A stretch of DNA of 64,000 bases from Hydrolagus colliei. Its lineage: Eukaryota. A program made the position numbers and the translations under genes. The DNA is taken from the NCBI GenBank assembly GCA_035084275.1, contig CM068749.1, positions 17,298,001-17,362,000 on the forward strand. Reading direction: 5' to 3'. Shown here in pieces: positions 46,128-58,100 of the stretch. The notes under the pieces were generated by a model that was not told where the DNA came from, searched no databases, and saw nothing but the letters and a program-made list of their open reading frames with translations. The first letter of the stretch is position 1; every line of letters begins with the position of its first letter.

Positions 46128-49100
46128 CTAGGAAAGGACAGAACAAAATATATATACACACAGGAGTTAAAGATTGTTAGAGCCTAGAAGCACATTTTAA
46201 ATGTTTACATTAGTTACATTTTTTACAAAATTGGTCTCTGCAAATGAGCACTTACACTGAACTATCTTTTCATATTTCTACAACAATATAATGGTCTAAT
46301 TAAGTGTTTCACTTGTAGTTTCTGCAACTCCCATATCAGCCACTTGGTGGACACCAGCCTGTTTCAGGTCCGTCACACTTCCCACCACCAATGGCGGTCA
46401 GGCATTCAGCATCTCTGATCCCTCCACCTCACCCCCTCTCTTGACTCCTGCCTGTCTGAAGACGTTATGCTTTGATCGTGCCTTCGGACACCCACCCCTT
46501 CCTGATCCTAACTCGGGTCCAAAACCCGATTGTCCAGTGCCCTGGGATTTCCTTCCGATGTGAAAGGCGCTACACAAATGTAATTTGTTGTTGTAATTTT
46601 TTCTTATACTATAATTAAAAAGATACTTATCAAATGGTTCTAATTCTTAAACTCGCTGGTACTTAAATAAAAGCTAGTCTAAATGAAGAAAACTGTATTT
46701 AGCAGCATTTATCAGCTTCAGCGATTCTTACAGCAAGAATTAATGTTATCTTCCTCTGTCAGCTCCTTCTACCACTGCGATGCTGTTTTTAAACTATAGT
46801 ACTGTTTTTAAAACAAAATGGCACCAGGTAACACTGGTAAACTTAGCATTACTGAAGAGTATTCTTCAACTGGAGAAAGCTCAGAACTCAAATACTTGTT
46901 TGGTAGCACAATACCACCTTTATATTTTGATTAAAATGCATGAGGCGTTTCACATGCAGCTGCTATTAAAAGACAAGGCACTTATACTGCACCCTGTATA
47001 TTTGAGAGACTGTACGAGACAAGTACATCATGGGATTCGCCCAATATGAGGCAATCAGTGTGTGCAGTTCTGTGACCGATTTCTCTAAACGTCATATTTG
47101 CAAGGTGCCAATGACCCCATCAATCATCTATAAAGAACCAAAACACATTTAATAGCCGAGAGAGAACTTTGGTACTCAGGAAAGAAATTCTGTATTGCTC
47201 TGCACTAGAGACTTTCAGAGCTGGAAAATCGTATTGAGGTCACAAGAAGAATACGGTAGAAGCAGGTTAACTTAATAAACAAACCAATAAATAAGCCTAC
47301 CAGAAATAATGGAAAACAAATTGTTGCATTCTTTTCATTACGGATACTACCCATACTGAAAATAAATTCCAGAATATGGAACTGGATAGGTTCTAATTGC
47401 TCCCTGACCCGGATCATACAGTAGTTACAATTTTTTAATAACACCTTTGCACAACAAAAACAATTAAGCGTACTTTGGTACGAGGCATCATTTAAATATT
47501 TTATTTTTGCAGCATCTCTTCAGCATACCAATTATAACAGAGCTGTTTAAAAATCAATGCAAAGATATGGGTGGTTCAGTCACTACATATTGTGCATTCC
47601 TTGGAATTGCAGCATTTCTCCCACTTATTGCTTGATGAAAGGCTTGCAACAGAATTGCTGCACTTGTAGAGGGACTTCAAATGTCTGTTGTCAATATTCT
47701 GCATTATGATTAGTACCACAGGGAGTTAGTTTGTATTAAGGGGGCTTTTCGATTTGTGTGTTTTATACAGTTTAGCTGTCTGACTTGCTTTATCCATGTT
47801 TTATCAAGTCAACTGTCTTGGGATCTGAATTTTCTTTTCTGCTAAGCAAAACACTTTGTGCTATAAAAGTACTGAATAATCAAAAACCTTGCACTCTGAA
47901 TCCAAATGGTATTTACCTGCTATCATTCAGTAAATTCCCACTGTACTGCTAGTTAGAGCAATTTGGGGGCAGATAACCCCAAGCACTCACTCCTTCCCAA
48001 TACTGTAATTGTGTAATGGTACTAATATGCAAGGTACACTGTAAAGTAGTAGTTATTTTTTAATTACTATAAAAGCCTATTTGAAGAAGTGTTGTCAGGC
48101 CCAAGATAAACTTTTTAACAAAGGCATCGCCCACTACTCTTTCAGAAATGAAGAATAAAGCAGAGAGGATTTATTGAGCAATGAGCAAAAATAAAGACAA
48201 TAAAAGCGATTACTAAAACATTCCGATTTAATTTCATCCTTTTTAGAATACAATTTCAGTTACAACTGTTACTTTTTTTTAAAAAGGGGGGGCAACTTGT
48301 TATAAGCAAATGATTGGAAATTGATTGTAGCAAATCTGGGGATGGGCAAAATTTTCTCCCTCGGAATATATTGGTAAAGATTAGGGAAGGTTACTAAGTA
48401 AGACGTTCTTTGCAATTTATAATCCTGTGGGATACAAAAGTTCCCATTTCACAACTTAAGTCAATTTCAGGGAGTTGCTATTTGTGTGCTACTGATCCCA
48501 TTCTGAGCAGAAAAATAATTTACTACTTCATTGCATGCGCAAAATGAGCATACCGTGAGTGTCCCGGATGGCTACAGTATGAGATCCGGTTGCTGGAATG
48601 GTGAATTGTATTGGAAGATACCAGTTGGTTGGGTGCCGAATAACCAAGCTTTTACTGTATTCAGGTATTTAACATTTTGGATTGTTTGATTTAGAGTCGA
48701 AAACTCTTCTCTTTAACAGATAACAGCAAGAATTTCAAATTCTATTACACCAATCAGAGATAATCATATTCTAAAAAGTGACTGATGTTAAGAGGATTAG
48801 ATATACTGTACTATTTTTAGTGAATAATTGAAAGATAAAAAGCTTACCTTGATCTGCAAACCCTTGAACATCTTAGGCTTATCACTCCTGACGAAAGCTG
48901 AAAGATAATTTTTTAAAAATGTTGTTTCTGAAAGCACCTCTTGTAGCTTAGTGGTTAGAGCACTTGCTTTGCAAGCGAGAGACCTGGGTTAAATTCCCAG
49001 CAGAGCAAAATATTGCGCATGTTTCCTTACTCCACACACCTCTGTTTATCTAGCAGTAAGTAGTAACCTGGTTGTTAGTCGATTGGTAGATACATTTGTA

Positions 49101-52100
49101 CTGTAAATGTATCTATTGGTACTGTAAAGTGAATTGACTGTATATATGTGGGCAAAACGTGGCAGCCAATTGCACACAGCAGTATCCCACAAACAGTCAT
49201 GGAATGAAATGACCAATTTATTATTGGTTTTTTTTAGGCGTGTGGAGTAAGGAAATTTGCCCAAGGTTTCACCCTGCCTGGAATTGAACAAGGTCTCTCG
49301 CTTGTAAGACGAATGCTGTATTTAGTACTTCAGTAAATACGAAAGCAAAACTAAATAATCCTAAAACCGTGCTTAAAATTTGTTTTGAATAGTTGCACTT
49401 CAGAGTATATTTTGCGAGCAATCTTTTAATTGTGTTGCTTTCAAATGCTTATGCAATTAGCAGTTGCTTGCTGAGGAGCAAGCTGCACATCCTGCCATCC
49501 CAGATGAAAGACTGCTCCAATGATATAAGAGGGGCAAAGAATGAACATAATTTATATTTCAGAAAGAATTCAAAATCCAGTACAACTAATACATATGGCT
49601 AAGACTGGACTAAAAATGCTAACAAACTGATACCATCACTAAACGGAGCACGTGTGCAAAATAGGAGTCATTAAATGTATTTACAACATGCCTGTTGGAA
49701 ATTAGATTGCTATTACAAACTGTAATTAAAATCAGCCCTTTGGCTGATTCCACATGGGATTCAACCTTCAGATTTCTGACTGAGGCTTTCATAGGTTGGA
49801 AATTACTGCTTAAAATAAGGCTGGTTAAAGACATTGCAAACGTTCCAGTGAGAATATCCAAGGCTAAAATTAATTTATGAATATAATAATCATGGCATTT
49901 GATGTAGCACCTTATCGCCATGTTATAAGCGAAATGCTACAAAAAATCTGTATTATTAGGTCACAACTAGGGAACGGCGATATGGGATTTTTCCAGATAT
50001 GGATATATCGGTTTGCTCATACCTGCTTAAACCGATCTATCGAGTTTTTATACTGCGCATGCGCGTGCATTCGAAGTGCGTGTGCATTTATGGTGCGCGC
50101 TCAGTCGCGGTGCGCGCGCATTGACGGTGCGTCCGCACTGACGATGCATGCGCAGTCGCGGTGCACGCACATTTCGAAATGCGTGCTCTAGGTCCAGAAA
50201 GTTTGTAATGTTGGTGTCAAGGTCTGTTGAATTATACGATGTTGTTTGCTCCCTACCTCCCCCTCTCCCTCCTCTCCTCTCTCCTTCTCTCCCTCCTTTC
50301 CCCTCTCCTTCTCTCCCTCCCCCTCCACTCTCCCTCTCTCCTCTCCCTCCTCCCAGTCTCCTCTCCCTCCCTCCCCTCTCTCCTTCTCTCCCCTCCTTCT
50401 CTCCCTCCTTTCCCCTCCTTCTCTCCCTCCCCCTCCACTCTCCCTCTCTCCTCTCCCTCCTCCCTGTCTCCTCTCCCTCCTTTCCCCCTCTCCTTCTCTC
50501 GCTCCCTCCCTCCCCTCTCTCCCTCCCTCCCCTCTCTCCCTCCCTCCCCTCTCTCCTTCCCCTCGCTCCTTCTCTCCCTCCTTTCCCCCTCTCCTTCTCT
50601 CCCTCCCTCTCCTCTCTTCCTCTCTCCCAACTTTCCCCCTCTCCCTCCCTCCCTCCTTTCCCCTCGCTCCTTCTCTCCCTCCTTTCCCCCTCTCATTCTC
50701 TCCCTCCCTCTCCTCTCTTCCTCTCTCCTTCTCTCCCAACTTTCCCCCTCTCCTTCTCTCCCTCCATCTCTAAACACAAAATAGAACACACACACACCAA
50801 AAACAAAATCTAGAGATTTATTCTCCTCCATTTCTTGCTTGAAACTAGCATGTAATGTCCACGTGTAAATGAGATCTATTACAATAGAAAAGAGAGACAG
50901 ACAGTCTGACTGTTAGAGTTAGAAGACAGATTATCACTGCTGTGTGTGTCTGACTAGACACACACATAGAAGCAGTGATAATCTGGCTTCTAACTCTCTC
51001 ACACACAAAAATAACACTTACAGCCACAAAATGCCACTTATTTTTATGTAGTCTGAAGTCTGAATTAATGTCCTTCGCTATGTGGTTTGTCCCTGGGGTC
51101 CAGTTCGTTTAGGAGTTGCTTAAACCCAAGTGTCTCAACAATCGCCATTGGCAAGCTCTCCTTTGCTGTGCAAAAAGTGACAGCGTTCATGATACTTTGC
51201 CACTTTTTGTCCCCTCTCTGGTACAATGTTCTCCTCTTAAATAAAGCAGGAATTGTTTGAGCTGCACTGGCCCCACTACCTGTCGCTTTCTCCGAAGCGC
51301 TGGTTCGATTTCCTGCTGTTGTTGACAATAATTTCGCTCTGAGGGCAGCGTGCTGGGGGGGGTGGTGCTGCTTAATTTGTCGCAGGTTGCTCGTGCTCGA
51401 ATCAGATGTCTTAACCAAGACCTTGCAAACTGTACATCTATACACACCATTACTGACTGCATTGTTTTCAAAGTAGTCCCATACGGGGCTTCTTTTCCCC
51501 ATGATGAGAAAGGTAAATTTTCATACTACAATTTTCAGCGATGTGACTTTGTTAAGACGCCACGACTCACGTCAAGTATACACAGTAAAGTGTGCGCGCG
51601 CATCGGATGTGCGCGTGCGTTAATTGTGCGCGCGCACCGAATGTACGCGCATTCCATGCTCTAGGTCTAGGAGGTTGCAATGCCGGTGACAAGGTAAGCT
51701 GGAAAAGATCGCATAACACTGATAATACCAACAATATTGATATATTGCCAGGAACGATATTAAAAATATAACGAAAAATATCTCGATATAGCGATTTTTT
51801 TAGAATCACCATATCGGCATACCGATCTGAGAATCATATCGGGTTTAATCGAAAAACCGATACATCGCCGTTCCCTAGTCACAACCGATATTTAACTGAG
51901 TGTTGCATACATGTGTGTTATGTACATGTGATACCATTTCGCGACCACATCACTCCCACCCTCGCCCATCTCCACTGGCTCCCAGTCACCCAGAGGATCG
52001 AATTCAAGATCCTTGTCCTCACTTTCAAGGCCATTCACAGCCTTGCCCCCGCCTATCTCTCTGACCTACTGTCTCCCGATCAGCCTGCCCGCACCCTCTG

Positions 52101-55100
52101 TTCAGCAGACTCAGGCCTGCTCCGTATCCACCGCCCTAACCGCCCAACCATAGGCAGTCGGGCTTTCAGCCTCTCTGCTCCCACTGTGGAACTCCATCCC
52201 GCAGCTCCTCCGCCTTGCTTCCTCCCTTTCCTCCTTCAAGGCCAGTCTCAAGACCTTCCTCTTCGACCGCGCCTTCGGCTGCCCCAATAACTCTTCCCCC
52301 TCTCCTTCCCCGTATTTCGACTGCTCCCCCCACCCACCACTTGGGTCCCGACCAGACTGTTCAGCGCTTTGGGATGTGAAAGACGCTATATAAGTGCAAT
52401 TTTGTTGTTGTTGTTGTTTCCTTTGTGAAAGGACATATGCAATAAGGAAATGAAAGGAGTGGAGAACTGGAGACAGGGAAGTCAGTATTGTAGGTGAGAT
52501 GCCAAGTGTAGTACTACTAATAATAAATTAATAACAATAATAAGCTCTTCTGGTTGTTGTGGATCCACAGTAGACTAAAAAAAAGCAGTATAACAAATTT
52601 TTTAAAATTCTGAACTTACTCTACTATACAGTAGAGTAAGTTCAGAATTTTAAAAAATTTGTTCAGTTAACAAGAGGTAAAATTAAGTTTTGTTATTCTG
52701 ATGATAATGATTGTTCAGGAATAAATTAAATATCGATTAGTTACTTACCCTGGACTTGAGGGAACCGCCCCAATTTTCATCCACACACTTCAAGGACTGC
52801 ACCAGGATATAACTGAAAAAAGGTCATTTTCACACACATTACCAAATTATACTGTGATTTCATGTATGAATCTTTAAAATCAGTCAACATTTAAAAATGA
52901 TTCACAATGACAATCCATTTGTAATCCTTTCTTTACAACCAAATCAGTAGGTACCCCAGTAATTGTGGGGGGGAAAAAAGCCAAAAGAATGGGATAAATC
53001 CAAACAACTTTGGGGATTTCTGAAAGTCAGGCAGAGTTGGCACACAACTGTTGATGCCACTATAAAAAAATTGGCAGGTTTATTTATAAAAAAACAAACT
53101 ATTTTCAACTACTTCAAACTATAGTTTTTCCAATTCCAGAGGGCAATAGAAACAGTGTGGATAGAGCCAACCACCTAGCTTGCCATTGAAAAGAAAGAAT
53201 ACTGTTGTATGGAGTTGACTATTAATAAGATAGCTACTGTATTTGGAAAATAAAATAAATGCAGGGTGCAAGACATTGCATAGTACAGGAATTTTTGTAA
53301 TATAAATTTGGGATTGTGCTTTGGGACTAACCTAGACATTCTATTGGGATGGTTTGGATGCAGCCATAGTTTGAGATGACTATATATTGATCCTTTTGTT
53401 GGTGAAATTATTCTACACTATAAATGATTCAATGGCAGGACAGCCAATCTGTAAACATAGCGAGCCACTTTTATAAATGTCTCACAGTTAGTAGAGTGGA
53501 ATGGAAATATTATGATGTATGACTTAGTCGATTATAGATTCATACAGATCAGACGTATGCAAGTTTTACTCTAGTAACATAATGACAATTAGAATAGATT
53601 ATTCTGTGTTCTTGCAAAAGAACTTAAAAGTTTCAAAATGGGTATTGATGCATTTCATATTATAGAACTGTATTAGTGGCATGAAATAGAGAATGTATTG
53701 TCCAGCATCCAATTATTCTGCAACATATTTTACTAGTTGGCCACTGCGTACAAAATATCAATTTTATAGCTGCAGCTGTCAAGGTTAGATAATGCAAGCA
53801 ATGTGCAAGTGCATGCAGTTGTCAATTTATTTTTGTTTAAGTAAGTTTCTTCATATCCTAATCACAGCTCTTTGTTTATAAATGGATGTGTTCAGTTATG
53901 GATGCCCGCTGAGTCACTAAACATAAATAAATACAATTTAAAAATCAATTGACTGTATACCTTCATCAAACTTGCACAAAAAAAGCCATATAGCATAGTG
54001 CCTAGTGTAAAGTGATGCTAAATCAAAAGCAGAGAAGCTAATCTGGCACAACCTTTGTAATTACAAGACTAGATTCTCTTAATCTTCAACAATTCTCATG
54101 TAATCTTGATCACATATAAATGGAACTCCACAACTGTCCTATTCATGTATGCCATGAATGTAGCTGATTGAATTACTCTTGCTTTTCATCTGTGAAAAGC
54201 ATAGAACAGCTGCTTGTCATCGCAATGGTTGAAGGTTTTCTGTCCTGAAGAGTCAAATTGTGATTGTATTATTTAAAAGTAACACGCATATATGAACGTT
54301 ATGAAAACTTGTTTTTGCATCTGCTAGAAACTGATCACTAAGTAATTTAAGTACAGTTTGATAATCTGAATACTGTACAGTAGGGAACGGCGATATATCG
54401 GTATATCAGTAAAACCCGATATGATTTTCATATCGGTATACCGATATAGACATTTTAAAAATACCGATATATCGAAAACCGGTATATCGAGGTAAAAAAT
54501 CGGGATACGAGCACAATCAACTACAAGACCCAGAATGCTCATCTCTATACACAATGCACAGACCGAGGTGCAAAGCCGCCATCTTGTATTCATAGTCCTC
54601 GAATACATAATACAGGTATGCAAGGGGTGGGGGGGGGGGTGAAGCGGAGAGAGACTGCTGGGGGTGGGGGGTGAGGGGGAGAGAGACTGCTGGGGGGGGG
54701 GTGAGGGGGAGAGAGACGGCTGGGGGGGGGGGGGAGATAGACGGCTGGGGGGGGGGAGAGGGGGAGAGAGACGGCTGGGGGGGGGAGAGAGACGGCTGGG
54801 GGGGGGGAGAGGGGGAGAGAGACGGCTGGGGGGGGGGAGGAGAGGGGGAGAGAGACGGCTGGGGGGAGGAGGAGAGGGGGAGAGAGACGGCTGGGGGAAA
54901 GGGGAGATAGACGGCTGGGGGGGGGGGGAGAGAGGGGAGAGAGACGGCTGGGGGGGGGGGGAAGAGGGGGAGAGAGACGGCTGTGGGGGAGAGGGGGAGA
55001 GAGATGGCTGGGGGGGAGAGGGGGAGAGAGATGGCTGGGGGGGAGAGGGGGAGAGAGATGGCTGGGGGGGAGAGGGGGAGAGAGATGGCTGGGGGGGAGA

Positions 55101-58100
55101 GGGGGAGAGAGATGGCTGGGGGGGAGAGGGGGAGAGTGACGGCTGGGGGGGGGGGGAGGAGAGGGGGAGAGAGACGGCTGGGGGGAGGGGGAGAGAGACG
55201 GCTGGGGGGGGGTGGAGGGAGAGAGAGATGGCGGGGGGGGGGGGAGGGAGAGAGAGACGGCGGGGGGGTGGGGGGGAGGGAGAGAGAAACGGCGGGGGGG
55301 GGGAGGGAGAGAGAGACGGCAGGGGTGGTGGTGGGGGAGAGAGACGACGGGGGTGAGGGGTGCGAGAGAGGGACGGTGGTGGGGGGGGGGGGAGAGACGG
55401 GGTGGATGTGATAATATACAGATAGATAGAGATGGGGGGGGATGTGAGAGAGGAGAGAGGGAGAGAGACATAGAGAGACACAGACAGAAAAACACAGAGA
55501 TGGAGAGCGTGAGAGACACAGAGAGAGAAAGATATTTACCTCCTGAGAAGATAGGCCCCGAATGCGCGCGCACCCGGAATGCACGCACACTCCGATGCGC
55601 GCGTGCATGCGCAGTACGAAAAAATGGAAAATATCGGTATTTCGGTATATCTCGATATGAGCCAACCGATATATCCATATCCGGAAAATTCCCATATCGC
55701 CGTTCCCTACTGTACAGTAGACCCCGCTTACTGAACGCCCGGTTACCGAAACTTCACTACAACAAGGGTTTGTATTTGTACTTCCTATGCGCTTAGCGAA
55801 GGCTGCGTTCGCTATATCAAAAGTTCTCGCGCGCTTCTCGTCTCCCGGCCGCCCCTGCAACACACGCTCGGTCTCAGTTGACGAAGCTACATACACTTAC
55901 TTCAGTATGCCACCTAAACGCCCATAAGCAACATCGCCAACCCCATCGAAGAAAAGGAAGTCCATCATGTTGGAAATGAAGATAGATCGAAGACCAGAAC
56001 GAACGCCATTGCCCCCTCTCCGCTAGTATAATCCAAGAGAAGGCCCGTAGAGTATGGGAGGAGCTTAAGCGGCAGGATGCTAGGCAACCACATGATGCTA
56101 CTTGAAAAAAGCTGGCAGAGATTTTTGCTGCTAGCAACGGGTGGCTTGATCGTTTTCAAAAGCGATACAAGCTACATTCTATCAAGATGTGCAGGAAGCT
56201 GCTAGTGAGGATGTTGCTACTGCCAAACGTTATCCAGATGAACTTACAAAAATCATTAGGGAGGGAGGTTATACACCGCAACAAATTTTCAACTTCGATG
56301 CAACAGGGCTTAATTGGAAGAAGTTACCTGAGAAGACCTACATCTCCATAAATGAGAAATCGGCCCCTGGAAGGCTTACAACTGAAGAAATTCAGGATTT
56401 AACGAAGGACAGACAGCTGAGGCTGATGATTTATATGAGGAGCCTAAGATTCTTAGTTTGAACGTTTTTAAAGCTTTTCTTTAGAAAATAAACAAAGCAA
56501 TTAATATTTGCAAAGACAACGATCCTGAAATGGATCGTAGCATTAAGGTTGCCCATTGCATCGAGCAAGCTATCCGTTTCTACCAAGAATTGTATGAAGA
56601 AAAGAAGAAAAACTGTCGACAGTCTTCTATCGACAGTTTCTTTAAGCCGACATCGTCCAAAGAACCAGTACCAAGTACGTCCGCTGACTATACAGAACCT
56701 ATTGCTTTCTCACCAGATTCTCCCGATTCTCCAGCCTCCTCCTCCCGCTCCTCCTCCATCAACAGTTAAAACAAAGACCTCCTCCCTACTCCTTACCTCA
56801 TCTTATTAAGGGAAGTACCGGAACTTTTGTTCCGTTACTGTATTCTGTTAAAAATTTACTAAATAAAATACTCTTCAGGTAAACAAAACAAACATTTTCA
56901 ACATTTCATCTTGTATTCTTTCATCTTGTAATTAAAGTATTGCAGCCTTCAATAGCAGTTCTACCTACCTTGTGCCTTCGCTGGTACACTGCAAATGTTA
57001 GCGCTGGGAAATAAACTGATTTTTTTCACATACGGAAACACAATAGCAACCTCCCATCCGCTTAACGAAATTCTCGCTTTACGAGGAGTTTCGAAGTCCC
57101 TAACCCCCGAGTTCACTTATAACAAAGGTGTGTGATACGAGTCCACTTATAACAAAGGATCCATAGCTACCTTATGCACTAAAGTTCCAGCTTCTGGCAC
57201 ACACTGGAGCAGAACACTAGCCAGTTAGCTGTGATCGCTTTTACAAGTGTTTCTAGCGATGGAAAAATGTACAGGAGCAGTCACAGTTAAATGACCATCA
57301 TTTTTTTCGCACTCGCACACAAAGCTGGCTATGCCACGTCGCCAGAAATGGTAACTTGTCGACAGAAAATTGTGCTTAGTGACATTTTTTTGCAGTTTGT
57401 CATTTGATTTTTTTCAATTAAAAAAGGGAAGAACAAACAATTTATTTAAAAATTGCTGATTGCTCCTCCTTTCCTAGTATTCTGATTCAAATTAACCAAA
57501 TTGCAATATTTAATTATGATAGATCAGATTTGGAAGCAACACCAATATGTACCTACATTGCAGCAAGCCTGTCTACTTGCACATTAAATAAACATGAAGA
57601 CACACAAATGGTGCATCTAAAATATAATTGAATATCATACCCCCATAAGCAGAAACTTACAAATTCTGTGTTTAATTAAAAATCCCTCTAAGTAAAATAC
57701 AATCCAGCTAATCAAAATTTGGTATTGAATTAAATATTATGTAGATTAAATCATACACGCTTGAAGTTGTATCATTTAATTTCTTGATGCATTAATTTTT
57801 AAGGATACAACTTAAAAGTGGCAGACCTACTTGGTCCACTGATTGCACTGAACAGTGCATTAACAGATAGGTATTCGTTACATTTGGTGCAAAGAGGAAA
57901 AAAATTAGTTTAGTCAACATTGAATAGCTGATGCTTAGCTCACCAAGTGCAATTGGTGGGATCTAACTGGTAGTTTTTGGTATTAATATTTTATTCAGAA
58001 GTGAGCAAAATGTTCCGTTCTTGAAAAAAAAATCAGTTTTCCCCCTCCCAGTTTGATAGGTATAGCCAAGGTACCCATTGTATCCCAAAGTGGAGACAAA

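Noticed and set aside
50148-50831. Long Pro/Ser/Leu and Gly/Glu/Arg ORFs on both strands
   Set aside because: Stop-free translations of the CT minisatellite inside a hAT element
51065-51502. Possible domesticated ZBED gene
   Set aside because: BED finger is degenerate, catalytic and dimerisation domains are absent, and it lies within TIRs and a TSD
54324-55896. ORFs of 230-459 aa, the longest in the window
   Set aside because: Low-complexity read-through of the G-rich minisatellite, open in several frames, with no domain content
56189-56769. Possible TIGD/CENP-B-like host gene (also 61250-61800)
   Set aside because: Fragmented by stops, frameshifts and deletions inside Tigger remnants
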